Positions 1 through 9,013 of a DNA stretch of 19,997 nucleotides are shown here, one piece after another. The stretch's first letter is position 1; each line of letters opens with the position of its first letter. Where the stretch lies: the UHGV virus genome UHGV-0061455. One strand, given 5' to 3'. The translations under genes were made by a program, and so were the position numbers. This DNA comes from a virus. The notes below the pieces were generated by a model. The model saw nothing but the letters and a program-made list of their open reading frames with translations, was not told the origin of the DNA and ran no database searches.

Positions 1-1
1 C

Positions 2-322
2 ATGGCTTATCAGTTCCCACTGATGTTACTGGTGATGAAAGCTAAGGAAGGTATAGACGGTAAGCCTAGCGATGATAGGAAGCTGATTATAGATGCAGTT
101 ATGAATATGTCTGCTCTGGGCGGCATCTCTCTTATTGCACCAATCTTTACCGGGGAGAAACCTCGCCACTCATTGACCAGCATGGCGTACATTACCAGCA
201 CCTTAAGCCTGTTACAGCAGGCAGCATCAGGTAATCTGGATGCGCAGTCACTGTCTAGGCAGCTCCCGCTTGTGCAGGAGTTCATGCCTACTCGTGCAAT
301 TATCAATAACTTTGGAGATTAA
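2..322 (+). CDS. Internal virion protein, C-terminal fragment (5' end lies outside the window)
   Basis: ORF open from the window edge and ending 3 nt before the tail fibre gene. Assignment is by synteny only (the gene preceding gp17-like tail fibre in T7-like phages is an internal virion protein); no diagnostic motif seen. Confidence 0.4.
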   Translation: MAYQFPLMLLVMKAKEGIDGKPSDDRKLIIDAVMNMSALGGISLIAPIFTGEKPRHSLTSMAYITSTLSLLQQAASGNLDAQSLSRQLPLVQEFMPTRAIINNFGD

Positions 323-324
323 GA

Positions 325-3030
325 ATGGCCTATAGTTGGGAAGAGCATCTGTATCCCGCAGGGACTACTAGCATCTCAGTGAATATTCAGTACTTAGACC
401 GCTCTTATATCTACCTGTACGTAGATAACGAGGAAGTGCTTGACTATACTTGGGAGAGCGACGTGCGCATCCGGTTGGATGCTGCACTTACTAAAGAGAG
501 TAAGGTACTAATTGTACGCCGTACAGCGGCGCATTACCTGTACATTAACTTCAAGTCAGGTGCTCCGTTTATCTCTGAGAACTTAGATACTCAGAATACT
601 CAGTTCCTGCACCTAGCTCAGGAGATGACGGAAGGTCGTAGTATCGAGGGATTCTACGGCGATATTAATATGAACGGCTTCCGCATCATTAATCTGGCAG
701 CAGGAGAAGAGGCTACAGACGCGATTAATAAGGCGCAGTTAGATGAAGTAGATTCTAAGGTAAAGGCGTTGGAGGGTACCTTTATAGGTCATACTAATAG
801 TTACCCATGGTACACCGTTATTGTGTCTCCTACGAAGATCATTGCACCTCCTTACTCGTTTACTAAAGCAGCTGTATATTTGAACGGAGTATGTCAAACT
901 CCGGGATATTCTTACAGTGTAGATAATAATACCATTACCTTAGCAGAGGAAGTTCCCGCGGGAACGCACGTGTTTGTGCGATTAGGGGAGGATATACTGG
1001 ATGCTACCTACGTCACAGTAGTAACTTACGCAGACCTTATTCAGCGTCTTACAGACCCAGACGGTGCAGTTAACAGTCCTGAACTTCAGGTGGCTAGGTG
1101 GAGAGACAACGGTGATGTTCGAGGCTGGGGAGCTAAGGTAGATGGAGGTGCAAACGACTCAGGCGCATTTAATGCGGTAGCCGGTGCACCTGCTCACGTA
1201 CCTAACGGTACATCCCGATGCAGTCCTGGTGTGTTTTCTATAGCTGGGTTGACCGGAGAAGTGAACTCAAAGCTTAAGCAGGTTGCTCCTGCAGGTAACT
1301 TCCTATCCTTCCGTCAGCCTGACGGGGGACGTATCGCTAACCTAGATATTGAATCTAATAAGGGAGGGGTAGTATCTGCACAAGGTCACCAGATTGACGT
1401 TCAGGATGGACGTAACGTTACTCTGGAAAACCTTAACTTTAAAGAAGCAGAGGGAACTGGATTTTCCATCATCACTTACAGTAATACTCTTCCATACCAA
1501 GAAGGGTTCATTGTAAAGGGTATTCGTGGGAAATACAATACATCTGTAGCAAACGCCGATGCAGGCTGTGTACTGTTAGACCGTAATCGTAAGTCGCTGG
1601 TTGACGGCGTTATTGCAACAGGTTACCCTCAGTTCGGAGCAGTAGAGCTTAAGAGTGATGCTAAGTATAACATCACGTCTAATATTATTGGAGATAACTG
1701 TGAGAGTACAGTTTACTTAGGTACTGAAACAGAGGCTACACCTAACGCCAATATCATCAGTAACATTATCTCAAGCAAGCCTGGGTTCAGCGCTGTAGAG
1801 GTAGGCAGAGGCCGCCACAATTTAATGTCTAATGTGCTGGCTGACTATACAGAGTCTACAGCAACATCAGCACACGGTGTGACTATGACGGGCGAGTCTA
1901 ATGTTGCTGATAACATACTCATGATGGGAAGTACCGGGGTTAACTCCATAGGCGGCGCGCAGGCGGCATATAATGCAAGATTCCGTGGCACTGCAAGGAA
2001 CAACTATGCCTCTATCTTCCCACACTACACCGCAACGGGGGTCGTGACTTTCGAGGGAGGTACTGCACGTAACTTTGTAGAGATTAAACATCCCGGCTCC
2101 CGCTCTAGTATTTTCGCGCAGGCTTCCACAATTACAGATAAGGCGACAATTACCGGGGACGTTAACAGTAACGTAGTGCATGCACCGGCACTTGGTCAGT
2201 ACTTCGGCACCATGTCAGGAACCTTCGATTGGCGTATCAAGGATGTTACTATCCCATCTGGAGTATTTGTTACAGCCGACCGATTCAGGTTCATATGCGA
2301 TGGCGCAGTTTCCATGGCTGTTGGCGGGGGGACTACATCTCAGTTGAAACTGTTCAACTCAGACGGTACGGCACGGACACTATCACTGAATCAAAACCAG
2401 TCTATCAGGTTGGATATAGGTTCAGGGAACTACCTGCAGTTCAGCTCTAATGTCCTGACACCTAGTCAGACTAACGCTTACTCATTAGGTAATGCGTCAA
2501 AGGCTTGGGCAGGAGGCACAACGCAGACCGCGTTTACAGTTCTATCAGATGAACGTGCTAAGAGCAAACCCTTGACGCTTGCTCGAGGCTCGTTAGCCGA
2601 TATTATAACTTCAGACGGGGAGCAGGTATACTCGTCTGACGCGGTTCTAGATGCTTGGGCTGAAGTAGATTTGGTACAGTACCAGCTGCTAGATCGTATT
2701 GAAGCGAAAGGTGAAGAAGGTGCCCGCTGGCATTTTGGTGTTCTCGCCCAACGTGCAGTTGAGGCATTCTCCCGTCATGGTCTGGACGCCCATCGGTTTG
2801 CTTTCCTGTGCTATGATGAGTGGGACGACCAGTACGGTAAAGTTCAGGTTGGTGATGGAGAGTATATAGAGGTACTGGAAACACCAGCAGGTAACCGTTA
2901 CGGCATCCGCTACGAAGAGGCTTTGATTCTTGAAGCAGCACTTCAACGTCGTAACTATAGCAGGTTGGTTGATAGTTTCAATAAGTTGTCATCTCGTATT
3001 GATGCTATTGAGGCGGTCTGCGCACCTTAA
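325..3030 (+). CDS. Tail fibre/tailspike: T7 gp17-like N-terminal anchor, central beta-helix (pectate-lyase-like, putative depolymerase), C-terminal intramolecular chaperone (peptidase S74-like) domain
   Basis: 901-aa ORF; GGAG RBS 7 nt upstream of ATG 325. N-terminal ~150 aa resemble the T7 gp17 adaptor domain. Central region shows repetitive Asn/Gly/Ser-rich pattern typical of right-handed beta-helices. Motif SDERAK near aa 741 resembles the auto-cleavage site of endosialidase-type chaperone domains. Confidence 0.85.
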   Translation: MAYSWEEHLYPAGTTSISVNIQYLDRSYIYLYVDNEEVLDYTWESDVRIRLDAALTKESKVLIVRRTAAHYLYINFKSGAPFISENLDTQNTQFLHLAQEMTEGRSIEGFYGDINMNGFRIINLAAGEEATDAINKAQLDEVDSKVKALEGTFIGHTNSYPWYTVIVSPTKIIAPPYSFTKAAVYLNGVCQTPGYSYSVDNNTITLAEEVPAGTHVFVRLGEDILDATYVTVVTYADLIQRLTDPDGAVNSPELQVARWRDNGDVRGWGAKVDGGANDSGAFNAVAGAPAHVPNGTSRCSPGVFSIAGLTGEVNSKLKQVAPAGNFLSFRQPDGGRIANLDIESNKGGVVSAQGHQIDVQDGRNVTLENLNFKEAEGTGFSIITYSNTLPYQEGFIVKGIRGKYNTSVANADAGCVLLDRNRKSLVDGVIATGYPQFGAVELKSDAKYNITSNIIGDNCESTVYLGTETEATPNANIISNIISSKPGFSAVEVGRGRHNLMSNVLADYTESTATSAHGVTMTGESNVADNILMMGSTGVNSIGGAQAAYNARFRGTARNNYASIFPHYTATGVVTFEGGTARNFVEIKHPGSRSSIFAQASTITDKATITGDVNSNVVHAPALGQYFGTMSGTFDWRIKDVTIPSGVFVTADRFRFICDGAVSMAVGGGTTSQLKLFNSDGTARTLSLNQNQSIRLDIGSGNYLQFSSNVLTPSQTNAYSLGNASKAWAGGTTQTAFTVLSDERAKSKPLTLARGSLADIITSDGEQVYSSDAVLDAWAEVDLVQYQLLDRIEAKGEEGARWHFGVLAQRAVEAFSRHGLDAHRFAFLCYDEWDDQYGKVQVGDGEYIEVLETPAGNRYGIRYEEALILEAALQRRNYSRLVDSFNKLSSRIDAIEAVCAP

Positions 3031-3044
3031 CTTAAGGAAACAAT

Positions 3045-3344
3045 ATGGCTAAGGCGGCTACAAAGAGTCGCCTCGCTGAACTGCATAAGATGTTCACCGA
3101 GGTGCTTATTTCAGAATTGCAGCAGGCTAAGGATGAAGAAATCCCGATGCCTGCTGCAGATAAATCAGTTATCGCTAACTTCCTTAAGAGCAATAACATC
3201 ACAGCGGATGCAGACTCTACGGAGATGCAGGACCTGCGTGATGAGTTCCAAGATGAGTTAGCAGAGAAACGTAAAGCACGGGCGTCTGAATTACTAGCGA
3301 AAGCTGGTGCAGACCCTGAAGACCCTCTAGCAGGTATTCTATAA
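3045..3344 (+). CDS. Putative terminase small subunit (DNA maturase A)
   Basis: 99-aa highly charged, helical-looking protein directly upstream of the large terminase. Assignment by size and position only. Confidence 0.4.
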   Translation: MAKAATKSRLAELHKMFTEVLISELQQAKDEEIPMPAADKSVIANFLKSNNITADADSTEMQDLRDEFQDELAEKRKARASELLAKAGADPEDPLAGIL

Positions 3345-3661
3345 TGAAGGTAAAACTTAACCCTTACCCCGTTACAGTAGATATTGTATTTAACCGGGAC
3401 GATTTCATTAAGCGCTACAAGAAGGTTCGTGGGTATTCCCCTGATATCGAAGGTTGCGGTGGGATGACTTCTTACCTATCGAGCGATGATTTGCTCATAG
3501 GGGTATTCAATTCCAAAGTGGGTACGCTTGTGCATGAACTTAATCATGCCCTGATTCACACTATGGAGTACGTAGGGTTAAGTATTACACCTCAGACATC
3601 CGAGGCGTACTGCTACTTAATGGATAGCGTGCTGGAACAGGCGCTCCCTAAACTCAAATAA
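3344..3661 (+). CDS. Hypothetical protein with HExxH zinc-metallopeptidase-like motif
   Basis: 105-aa ORF whose ATG overlaps the upstream stop (ATAATGA). Contains VHELNHALIH (HExxH plus a third His 4 residues later) and an upstream GCGG segment. Family unknown. Confidence 0.5.
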   Translation: MKVKLNPYPVTVDIVFNRDDFIKRYKKVRGYSPDIEGCGGMTSYLSSDDLLIGVFNSKVGTLVHELNHALIHTMEYVGLSITPQTSEAYCYLMDSVLEQALPKLK

Positions 3662-3672
3662 AGGAAGATACG

Positions 3673-5496
3673 GTGATTAGTCAAACTACACTGAACAGAT
3701 TGAAGCTAATATCTCAACGTACTACAGTAATGAATGACAGTCCCCGTACTATCCCCAAGGACCAGCGCGAGGAAGTGGCGCTTATGATGGCGGTAACTCT
3801 GAAGGATTTTAGAGAGTTCGCATACTTAGGTATGAAGTTCCTAGGTTTTGACCTTACAGAGATGCAGCGCGATATAGCAGACTTCATGCAGCATGGTCCG
3901 CGTAAGCGCATGGTAGCAGCACAGCGTGGTGAAGCTAAGTCTACGCTGGCTGCCCTGTACGCTGTTTGGCGGTTAATCCAGGACCAGAGTACCCGTATTC
4001 TTATTGTATCTGGTGGTGAGAAGCAGGCGTCTGAAGTAGCTACGCTTGTTATCCGTATGATTGAGACGTGGCCTTTACTATGCTACCTCAAGGCTGATAG
4101 TACCCGAGGTGATCGCACATCTTATGAAGGCTACGACGTTCACTGCGACCTTAAGCCTCTGGATAAGTCCGCTAGCATTGCGTGCGTAGGTATTACTGCG
4201 CAGCTGCAGGGTAAGCGTGCTGACCTGCTGATTCCAGATGATATCGAAACAACCAAGAACGGCCTAACGCAGACTATGCGTGAGCAGTTGCTGAACATCT
4301 CTAAAGACTTCGCCGCTATCTGTACTCATGGTGATACCTTGTACTTGGGAACACCTCAGACTAAGGATAGTATCTACAAAACCCTGCCGGGCCGTGGCTT
4401 TGAAGTTCGAGTCTGGCCTGGACGTATACCGAACGCAGAGATGCGTGAACGTTACGGAGAAACCCTAGCCCCGTATATTCAAACCCTCATCGACGCAGGG
4501 TACAAAGAGACTGGCTTCGGGTTAGACGGTACGTTAGGTGAGTGCACAGATAAAGGACGTTACAACGAAGAAGCGCTGATTGAGAAGGAACTGGACTTTG
4601 GTCCTGAAGGTTTCCAACTCCAGTACATGCTTGATACAACTATGTCCGATGCGCTGCGTACCAAGATTAAACTCTCCGATATGCTCGTGTACTCTGGTTC
4701 TCATGACTCTGCCCCAGACCGCTTAAGCTATATTGCTGATAAGCGCTACATGTTCGCAGAGGAGCATGAAGGTATCCGTGGCCAGTTACTGTACCAGCCG
4801 GCTAGCTATGGCGAGCACATGCTCCCGTACCAGCATAAGCTGATGGTAATCGACCCGGCAGGGTGCGGCGGGGATGAAGTGTCTTACGCCTGTGGCGGCG
4901 CAGCTAACTCATACATACACCTGTTCTCTGTAGGCGGCTTCCAAGGTGGCATTAGTACCGAGAACGTGGATAAGTTTATCGACATTGCTATAGAGATGGG
5001 AATCTCTGATATCTTCATCGAAAGCAACATGGGTCACGGTACAGTAGAAATGCTGTTCCAGAACCGCTTGAAGGAGCGTAGGCTTCCGGGTATCGGTGTC
5101 AGAGGCGGTTATAACACGTCTCAGAAGGAGAAGCGTATCATTGATACTATCTCCCCTGTTACGCGTCGTCATCGCTTTGTGGTGCATTCTAGGGCGCTTA
5201 CTGACGATATCCAAAGCTGTATGCAGTACAGTCGTGATAAGCGCTGGTTGTACAGTGCGTTCCAGCAGTTACAAGGAATTACCTATGACCGAGGCAGCCT
5301 TGCTAAGGATGACCGTGCAGACGCAGTGGCTATGCTTACTGCTGAACTGAACGGCTTCTTGGTAGAGGATGAGAAGGTTGTAGCGGAGAAGGAAATCAAG
5401 AAGAAGGCAATGGAGTTCCTAGCGAATCCGCTAGGGTGGACTGATGTAGATACCAGACCTAAGCGGCGAGGCACTGCATCGCGTATGAGTTACTAG
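3673..5496 (+). CDS. Terminase large subunit (T7 gp19-like)
   Basis: 607 aa; GTG start 5 nt after AAGGAAG RBS. Segments ILIVSGGEKQASE, ACVGITAQLQGKRADLLIPDDIE, LYLGTPQT and LMVIDPAGCGGDEVSYACGG align by eye with T7 gp19 ATPase and nuclease motifs. Confidence 0.9.
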   Translation: MISQTTLNRLKLISQRTTVMNDSPRTIPKDQREEVALMMAVTLKDFREFAYLGMKFLGFDLTEMQRDIADFMQHGPRKRMVAAQRGEAKSTLAALYAVWRLIQDQSTRILIVSGGEKQASEVATLVIRMIETWPLLCYLKADSTRGDRTSYEGYDVHCDLKPLDKSASIACVGITAQLQGKRADLLIPDDIETTKNGLTQTMREQLLNISKDFAAICTHGDTLYLGTPQTKDSIYKTLPGRGFEVRVWPGRIPNAEMRERYGETLAPYIQTLIDAGYKETGFGLDGTLGECTDKGRYNEEALIEKELDFGPEGFQLQYMLDTTMSDALRTKIKLSDMLVYSGSHDSAPDRLSYIADKRYMFAEEHEGIRGQLLYQPASYGEHMLPYQHKLMVIDPAGCGGDEVSYACGGAANSYIHLFSVGGFQGGISTENVDKFIDIAIEMGISDIFIESNMGHGTVEMLFQNRLKERRLPGIGVRGGYNTSQKEKRIIDTISPVTRRHRFVVHSRALTDDIQSCMQYSRDKRWLYSAFQQLQGITYDRGSLAKDDRADAVAMLTAELNGFLVEDEKVVAEKEIKKKAMEFLANPLGWTDVDTRPKRRGTASRMSY

Positions 5497-5504
5497 AAGG
5501 GGCA

Positions 5505-5900
5505 ATGGCCTCAATCATAGCAGCTAAGGATATTTCCAAGCAATATGAGATTGTAGGTAAATGCGAAGATACGTTCCGGCTGATAGGGTCTCGCTACCCT
5601 ATCGGCTTCAACGATAAGGCTAACATTGCAGAGAGTACTCTGTGGAACATGTCCTTACTGGCAATCTATCTCAAGGGGGAGGGCTACCCTGAATCCTTTG
5701 CTTCGGAGTACTTCGTCCGTGACGGGGAGCTTCAGGCGGAATTCGTACTATCCTTCCAAGAAGTAATCAACCTCGGCTACCAGCGCCTCAGTTCATGCTA
5801 CGGCAAGTTCGATGAAGCCCCCGGCACTGAGTTCGACGCAGCAATTCAACGTATGCAGGATGCGCTACGCGCAGCTACAGACGATATCAAAGACTATTAA
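5505..5900 (+). CDS. Hypothetical protein
   Basis: 131-aa ORF with GAAGGGG RBS, tightly packed after the terminase; no recognisable motif. Confidence 0.5.
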   Translation: MASIIAAKDISKQYEIVGKCEDTFRLIGSRYPIGFNDKANIAESTLWNMSLLAIYLKGEGYPESFASEYFVRDGELQAEFVLSFQEVINLGYQRLSSCYGKFDEAPGTEFDAAIQRMQDALRAATDDIKDY

Positions 5901-5910
5901 GGAGTTAATC

Positions 5911-6093
5911 ATGGCAGCAGCAAAAGCAACTCAGGCGCAGTTACAGGAACCTCTGCGCACAACTAACATCGTAGGCAAGGACTTGTACCAACTGCTTACT
6001 CAGCCTCAAGGCAAGGAGCAGGTAGGTCCGTCTATTGATGCGCTTATCTCGGCCCTGGAAGCCGCTGTAGCAGCAGTTAAAGCAGCAGCCTAA
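5911..6093 (+). CDS. Hypothetical small protein (Ala/Gln-rich, helical)
   Basis: ATG 5911 preceded by GGAG immediately after the upstream stop. The longer track ORF from 5812 overlaps the preceding gene and lacks an RBS, so the internal start is preferred. Confidence 0.4.
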   Translation: MAAAKATQAQLQEPLRTTNIVGKDLYQLLTQPQGKEQVGPSIDALISALEAAVAAVKAAA

Positions 6094-6506
6094 TGAAGTC
6101 ATTGGTCGCTGGGTTAATCCTCGCTACGGCTCTTACAGGCTGTTCAGCGACCTCTGCATTGACAGGTCTCATTGGCTCTAAGCCAGACCTGTCTGTGCAA
6201 GCTGGCGCAGAGAACACTAAACAAACTGTAGGCCTTAACGGCAAGTCCGACTCCAGCACGGACAACGAGACAACTATTAAAGATTCTAACGTAGGCACGC
6301 TGGATACTTCAACTAAGAAGCAGTCCAGTTCAGTTACTACTGGAACCATTAACACGGAGCGGGTACAGGTCGTAAACAATGACGGTACTAGCATAATTCT
6401 GGCAGGACTGGCAGGTGCAGCGGTTCCAATCGCAATCCTCATCATCGTCCTGTTGTTCCGCAAGCTCGGAAGAACTAAGGACGGGATCGATGAGTCTACC
6501 AATTAA
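6093..6506 (+). CDS. Putative unimolecular spanin (outer-membrane lipoprotein signal plus C-terminal transmembrane anchor)
   Basis: N-terminus MKSLVAGLILATALTGC has a signal peptide with LTGC lipobox; Ser/Thr-rich middle; C-terminal hydrophobic helix IILAGLAGAAVPIAILIIVLLF followed by basic residues. This topology matches T1 gp11-type u-spanins. ATG overlaps the upstream stop (TAATG). Confidence 0.55.
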   Translation: MKSLVAGLILATALTGCSATSALTGLIGSKPDLSVQAGAENTKQTVGLNGKSDSSTDNETTIKDSNVGTLDTSTKKQSSSVTTGTINTERVQVVNNDGTSIILAGLAGAAVPIAILIIVLLFRKLGRTKDGIDESTN

Positions 6507-6738
6507 CGGGGAAACTATCACCCGTGTAGGAACAAACGTATCTGTCGCTACTATGGGTGGCGGATGGATGGCAGACGTAATGTCTTGGAACTGGGGTACA
6601 ATCTCGTTCATCGTCGGTACGGTAATGGCTGTACTGACCTTCGCATGGAACGCGTACTACAAGCACAAAGAGTATAAGCTCAAGGAAAAGGCACTGGAGA
6701 AGGGGCTGGCATACTATAAGCATAAGCAACAAGGTTAA
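6490..6738 (+). CDS. Putative holin (possibly pinholin-like)
   Basis: 82 aa from ATG 6490. One strongly hydrophobic helix GTISFIVGTVMAVLTFAW preceded by a weaker hydrophobic segment, then a highly charged Lys-rich C-terminus. Sits immediately upstream of the endolysin. Confidence 0.45.
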   Translation: MSLPINGETITRVGTNVSVATMGGGWMADVMSWNWGTISFIVGTVMAVLTFAWNAYYKHKEYKLKEKALEKGLAYYKHKQQG

Positions 6739-6784
6739 AGCTGCACTGGCAGGGGCAACCCTGCTGGGCGGCAGTATCACTGCT

Positions 6785-7258
6785 GTGATTCAGCATAACG
6801 AGGGGTTGTCCCTGACGGCCTACAAAGATTCAGCCGGTGTACCTACCATCTGTTATGGTGAGACTAAAGGCGTACAGATAGGCCAGAAACGCACGCTAAC
6901 GCAATGTCAGGAGCAACTGATACGTTCGGCAGAGGGGCACGCTAAGGCGCTTGACGGCCTTCCTATGACGCTTACAGACGTACAGTTACTTGGCGCTCTG
7001 GACCTGACCTATAACATCGGTATCTCTGGATTCAAGAACAGTACAGTAAAGCGCAAGCTAATGCAAGGCGATACTAAAGGTGCCGCTCAGGCTGTCTTAG
7101 CGTGGCGCTACATCACCGTTAAAGGTAAGAAGTACGACTGTAGTATAGAAGGTAATAAGGTCTGCTACGGGCTCTGGAAGCGCCGTTTGTGGGAATCCCA
7201 AGCTATTGGCAACGAATTTAAATCAGTGCAAGCAGCATTAGCTGCTATTCCTAAGTAA
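6785..7258 (+). CDS. Endolysin, T4-lysozyme-like muramidase (glycoside hydrolase family 24), probably SAR-type with an N-terminal extension upstream of the listed start
   Basis: EGLSLTAYKDSAGVPTICYGET has the E-x8-D-x5-T catalytic spacing of T4/lambda/P22 lysozymes. The frame is open upstream to 6638 and encodes KVKAALAGATLLGGSITAVI, a Gly/Ala-rich hydrophobic stretch resembling a signal-arrest-release domain, but with no ATG/GTG/TTG in frame. Coordinates given are the conservative GTG start. Confidence 0.8.
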   Translation: MIQHNEGLSLTAYKDSAGVPTICYGETKGVQIGQKRTLTQCQEQLIRSAEGHAKALDGLPMTLTDVQLLGALDLTYNIGISGFKNSTVKRKLMQGDTKGAAQAVLAWRYITVKGKKYDCSIEGNKVCYGLWKRRLWESQAIGNEFKSVQAALAAIPK

Positions 7259-7267
7259 GGATTAGGT

Positions 7268-9013
7268 ATGACCCTAGTAAAGTTAGTTGAAGTAGAACTG
7301 GATACCTTGCACGTAGACCACTCTGGGTTAGTGCTTAATACGTACTTGAATGACAACGGGTACAACCTGCGTCAATGGGTAGACTCTGATGCAGCAGATG
7401 CACGAGAAGGAATGCAAGCTGCTATTGACTATATTGAGTCAGTTGGTGGAGGTACGTTAATTATCCCAGATGGTACTTGGATTCTTAACAGTATCAGTAC
7501 TGGCCCAGTGTCCGGGCACAGTGGACTCATTCAGCTTAAGAACAATGTAAGCATTAAGCTGGACGGTGTAGTTAAAGTAGGCCCTGCCTTAGCTAATAGT
7601 TCCTTCCAGGTCTTCGTCGGCTTCACTGATGCCAATCCAGCTAACTCTGGTAACTTGGACAACTGTCACATCTTTGGTGAAGGTAGCATTGACTTTGGAG
7701 GTTATGATTTTGCTGACTCAGGTCACTTGCGCAATGGTATCGCATTTGGTAAGGGGTATAACTGTTCAGTAGATGGCATTACGTTCATTAACGGTGACAT
7801 TACATGGGCTATAACACTTGGGTGGAACGGATATGGTTCAGACTCTTATGTCCGCAACTGCCGCTTCATTAACCTCATCCAAAGTAACGTGAACCGCGAC
7901 CATAGTACAGTGTACGTTAACTGCCCGTTCAGTGGGGTCACTGACTGCACCTTCCGCGCAAGCTCTGCGCGTGCCAAGGTAATAGCATGCACTGTGGAGT
8001 TACATCAACACGACACCTACTACCGCAATAGCAGCATCTCAGGATATACGCGTGGGTGCTATGTAGCGCTGCATGGTTCTGAGTCTGTTGGTGCAGGTAC
8101 GTACCTGTATAATGCCGAAGTCTCTGGGGTCATCGGAGATATCTCTGGTCAGGCCGTTATATTAGCTGCAGGCCCAGACGCTATAGCTACTACGCACATT
8201 CATGGCCTTACGGTATCTAACTGCCGGTTCACTGCTGGGAACTACCCGGGCATGTGCAGCTTCATTGACTTCTTCCAAGATGGTAACTCTGACTCAAGTC
8301 AGTACCTTATCAATCACGTTACGGTTAAGGGGTGCAGCTTCATCGTAGACCGCAGCCGTTCTCTTAGTGCAGCCATTACCCTGAACGGGAGTATTCAAGG
8401 TATCACCTTCCAGGATAACTTCTTCGATGTTAAGCAGGCTATGGTATCGGAACTCCCTAGCGGACGCACTGTGCAGTTAGAGCGCTTTAACTGGGATGCT
8501 AGCAATATCATCGGCGGCGATAACACTGGTACTCGTACTGGCCTGAACCTGTTTGAGACTCGGCGAGTATCCAGTATGTTGCGCTGTAACATTCAACTGC
8601 ATATGCGTCAGCCTAGTGTGGACCTGTACAGCTTTATGTACTTCCGTCCCGGTATCTCCTTCAGTGAGTGTACTATAGAGGTTCTACCTTACAACTGGGG
8701 TACTAGTTCAGGTAATGCACTGTTCTTTGAAGAGGGTGGCGTTCCTCCCCTGAACGTACATTGCAGCTTCCCTAAACAAGTATCTGTAACTCTCGCATCT
8801 GGTTCGAACGTGCAACGCGCTACGGTATCAGGTAACTACGCTTGGGTTGCCCGTGCAGACGCTCTGGATAGACGTGGTATTTCAGGTCAGTTCGATGCCC
8901 CTGCTAGTTACGCAGGTAGCAGCAACGGTCAGTTAACAGGCTTAGGTTGGCAGCTTGATGGGCTTCAACATACGTATGACCACAACGTGCTTCTTACAGG
9001 GCGCAGTAACTAA
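7268..9013 (+). CDS. Second tailspike, beta-helix polysaccharide depolymerase (pectate-lyase-3-like), no T7-type anchor domain
   Basis: 581 aa; AAGGA RBS. N-terminus DAREGMQAAIDYIESVGGGTLIIPDGTWIL resembles the start of pectate-lyase-fold phage depolymerases. Internal repeats (NCHIFGEGSIDF, NCRFINLIQSN, VTDCTFRAS, SNCRFTAG, KGCSFIVD) are typical beta-helix rungs. Confidence 0.75.
   Translation: MTLVKLVEVELDTLHVDHSGLVLNTYLNDNGYNLRQWVDSDAADAREGMQAAIDYIESVGGGTLIIPDGTWILNSISTGPVSGHSGLIQLKNNVSIKLDGVVKVGPALANSSFQVFVGFTDANPANSGNLDNCHIFGEGSIDFGGYDFADSGHLRNGIAFGKGYNCSVDGITFINGDITWAITLGWNGYGSDSYVRNCRFINLIQSNVNRDHSTVYVNCPFSGVTDCTFRASSARAKVIACTVELHQHDTYYRNSSISGYTRGCYVALHGSESVGAGTYLYNAEVSGVIGDISGQAVILAAGPDAIATTHIHGLTVSNCRFTAGNYPGMCSFIDFFQDGNSDSSQYLINHVTVKGCSFIVDRSRSLSAAITLNGSIQGITFQDNFFDVKQAMVSELPSGRTVQLERFNWDASNIIGGDNTGTRTGLNLFETRRVSSMLRCNIQLHMRQPSVDLYSFMYFRPGISFSECTIEVLPYNWGTSSGNALFFEEGGVPPLNVHCSFPKQVSVTLASGSNVQRATVSGNYAWVARADALDRRGISGQFDAPASYAGSSNGQLTGLGWQLDGLQHTYDHNVLLTGRSN

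Noticed and set aside
2229-2450. Same-strand ORFs 2229-2450, 5096-5350, 12531-12713, 14022-14258 and 18912-19094
   Set aside because: Alternative-frame ORFs inside larger, well-supported genes, with no independent support.
5812-6093. Longer 5' extensions of track ORFs 5812-6093, 6415-6738, 10290-10532, 12744-12980, 13293-13526 and 13508-13768
   Set aside because: The extended parts overlap the 3' ends of upstream genes in another frame and lack RBSs; internal ATGs with RBS or coupled-stop context were preferred.
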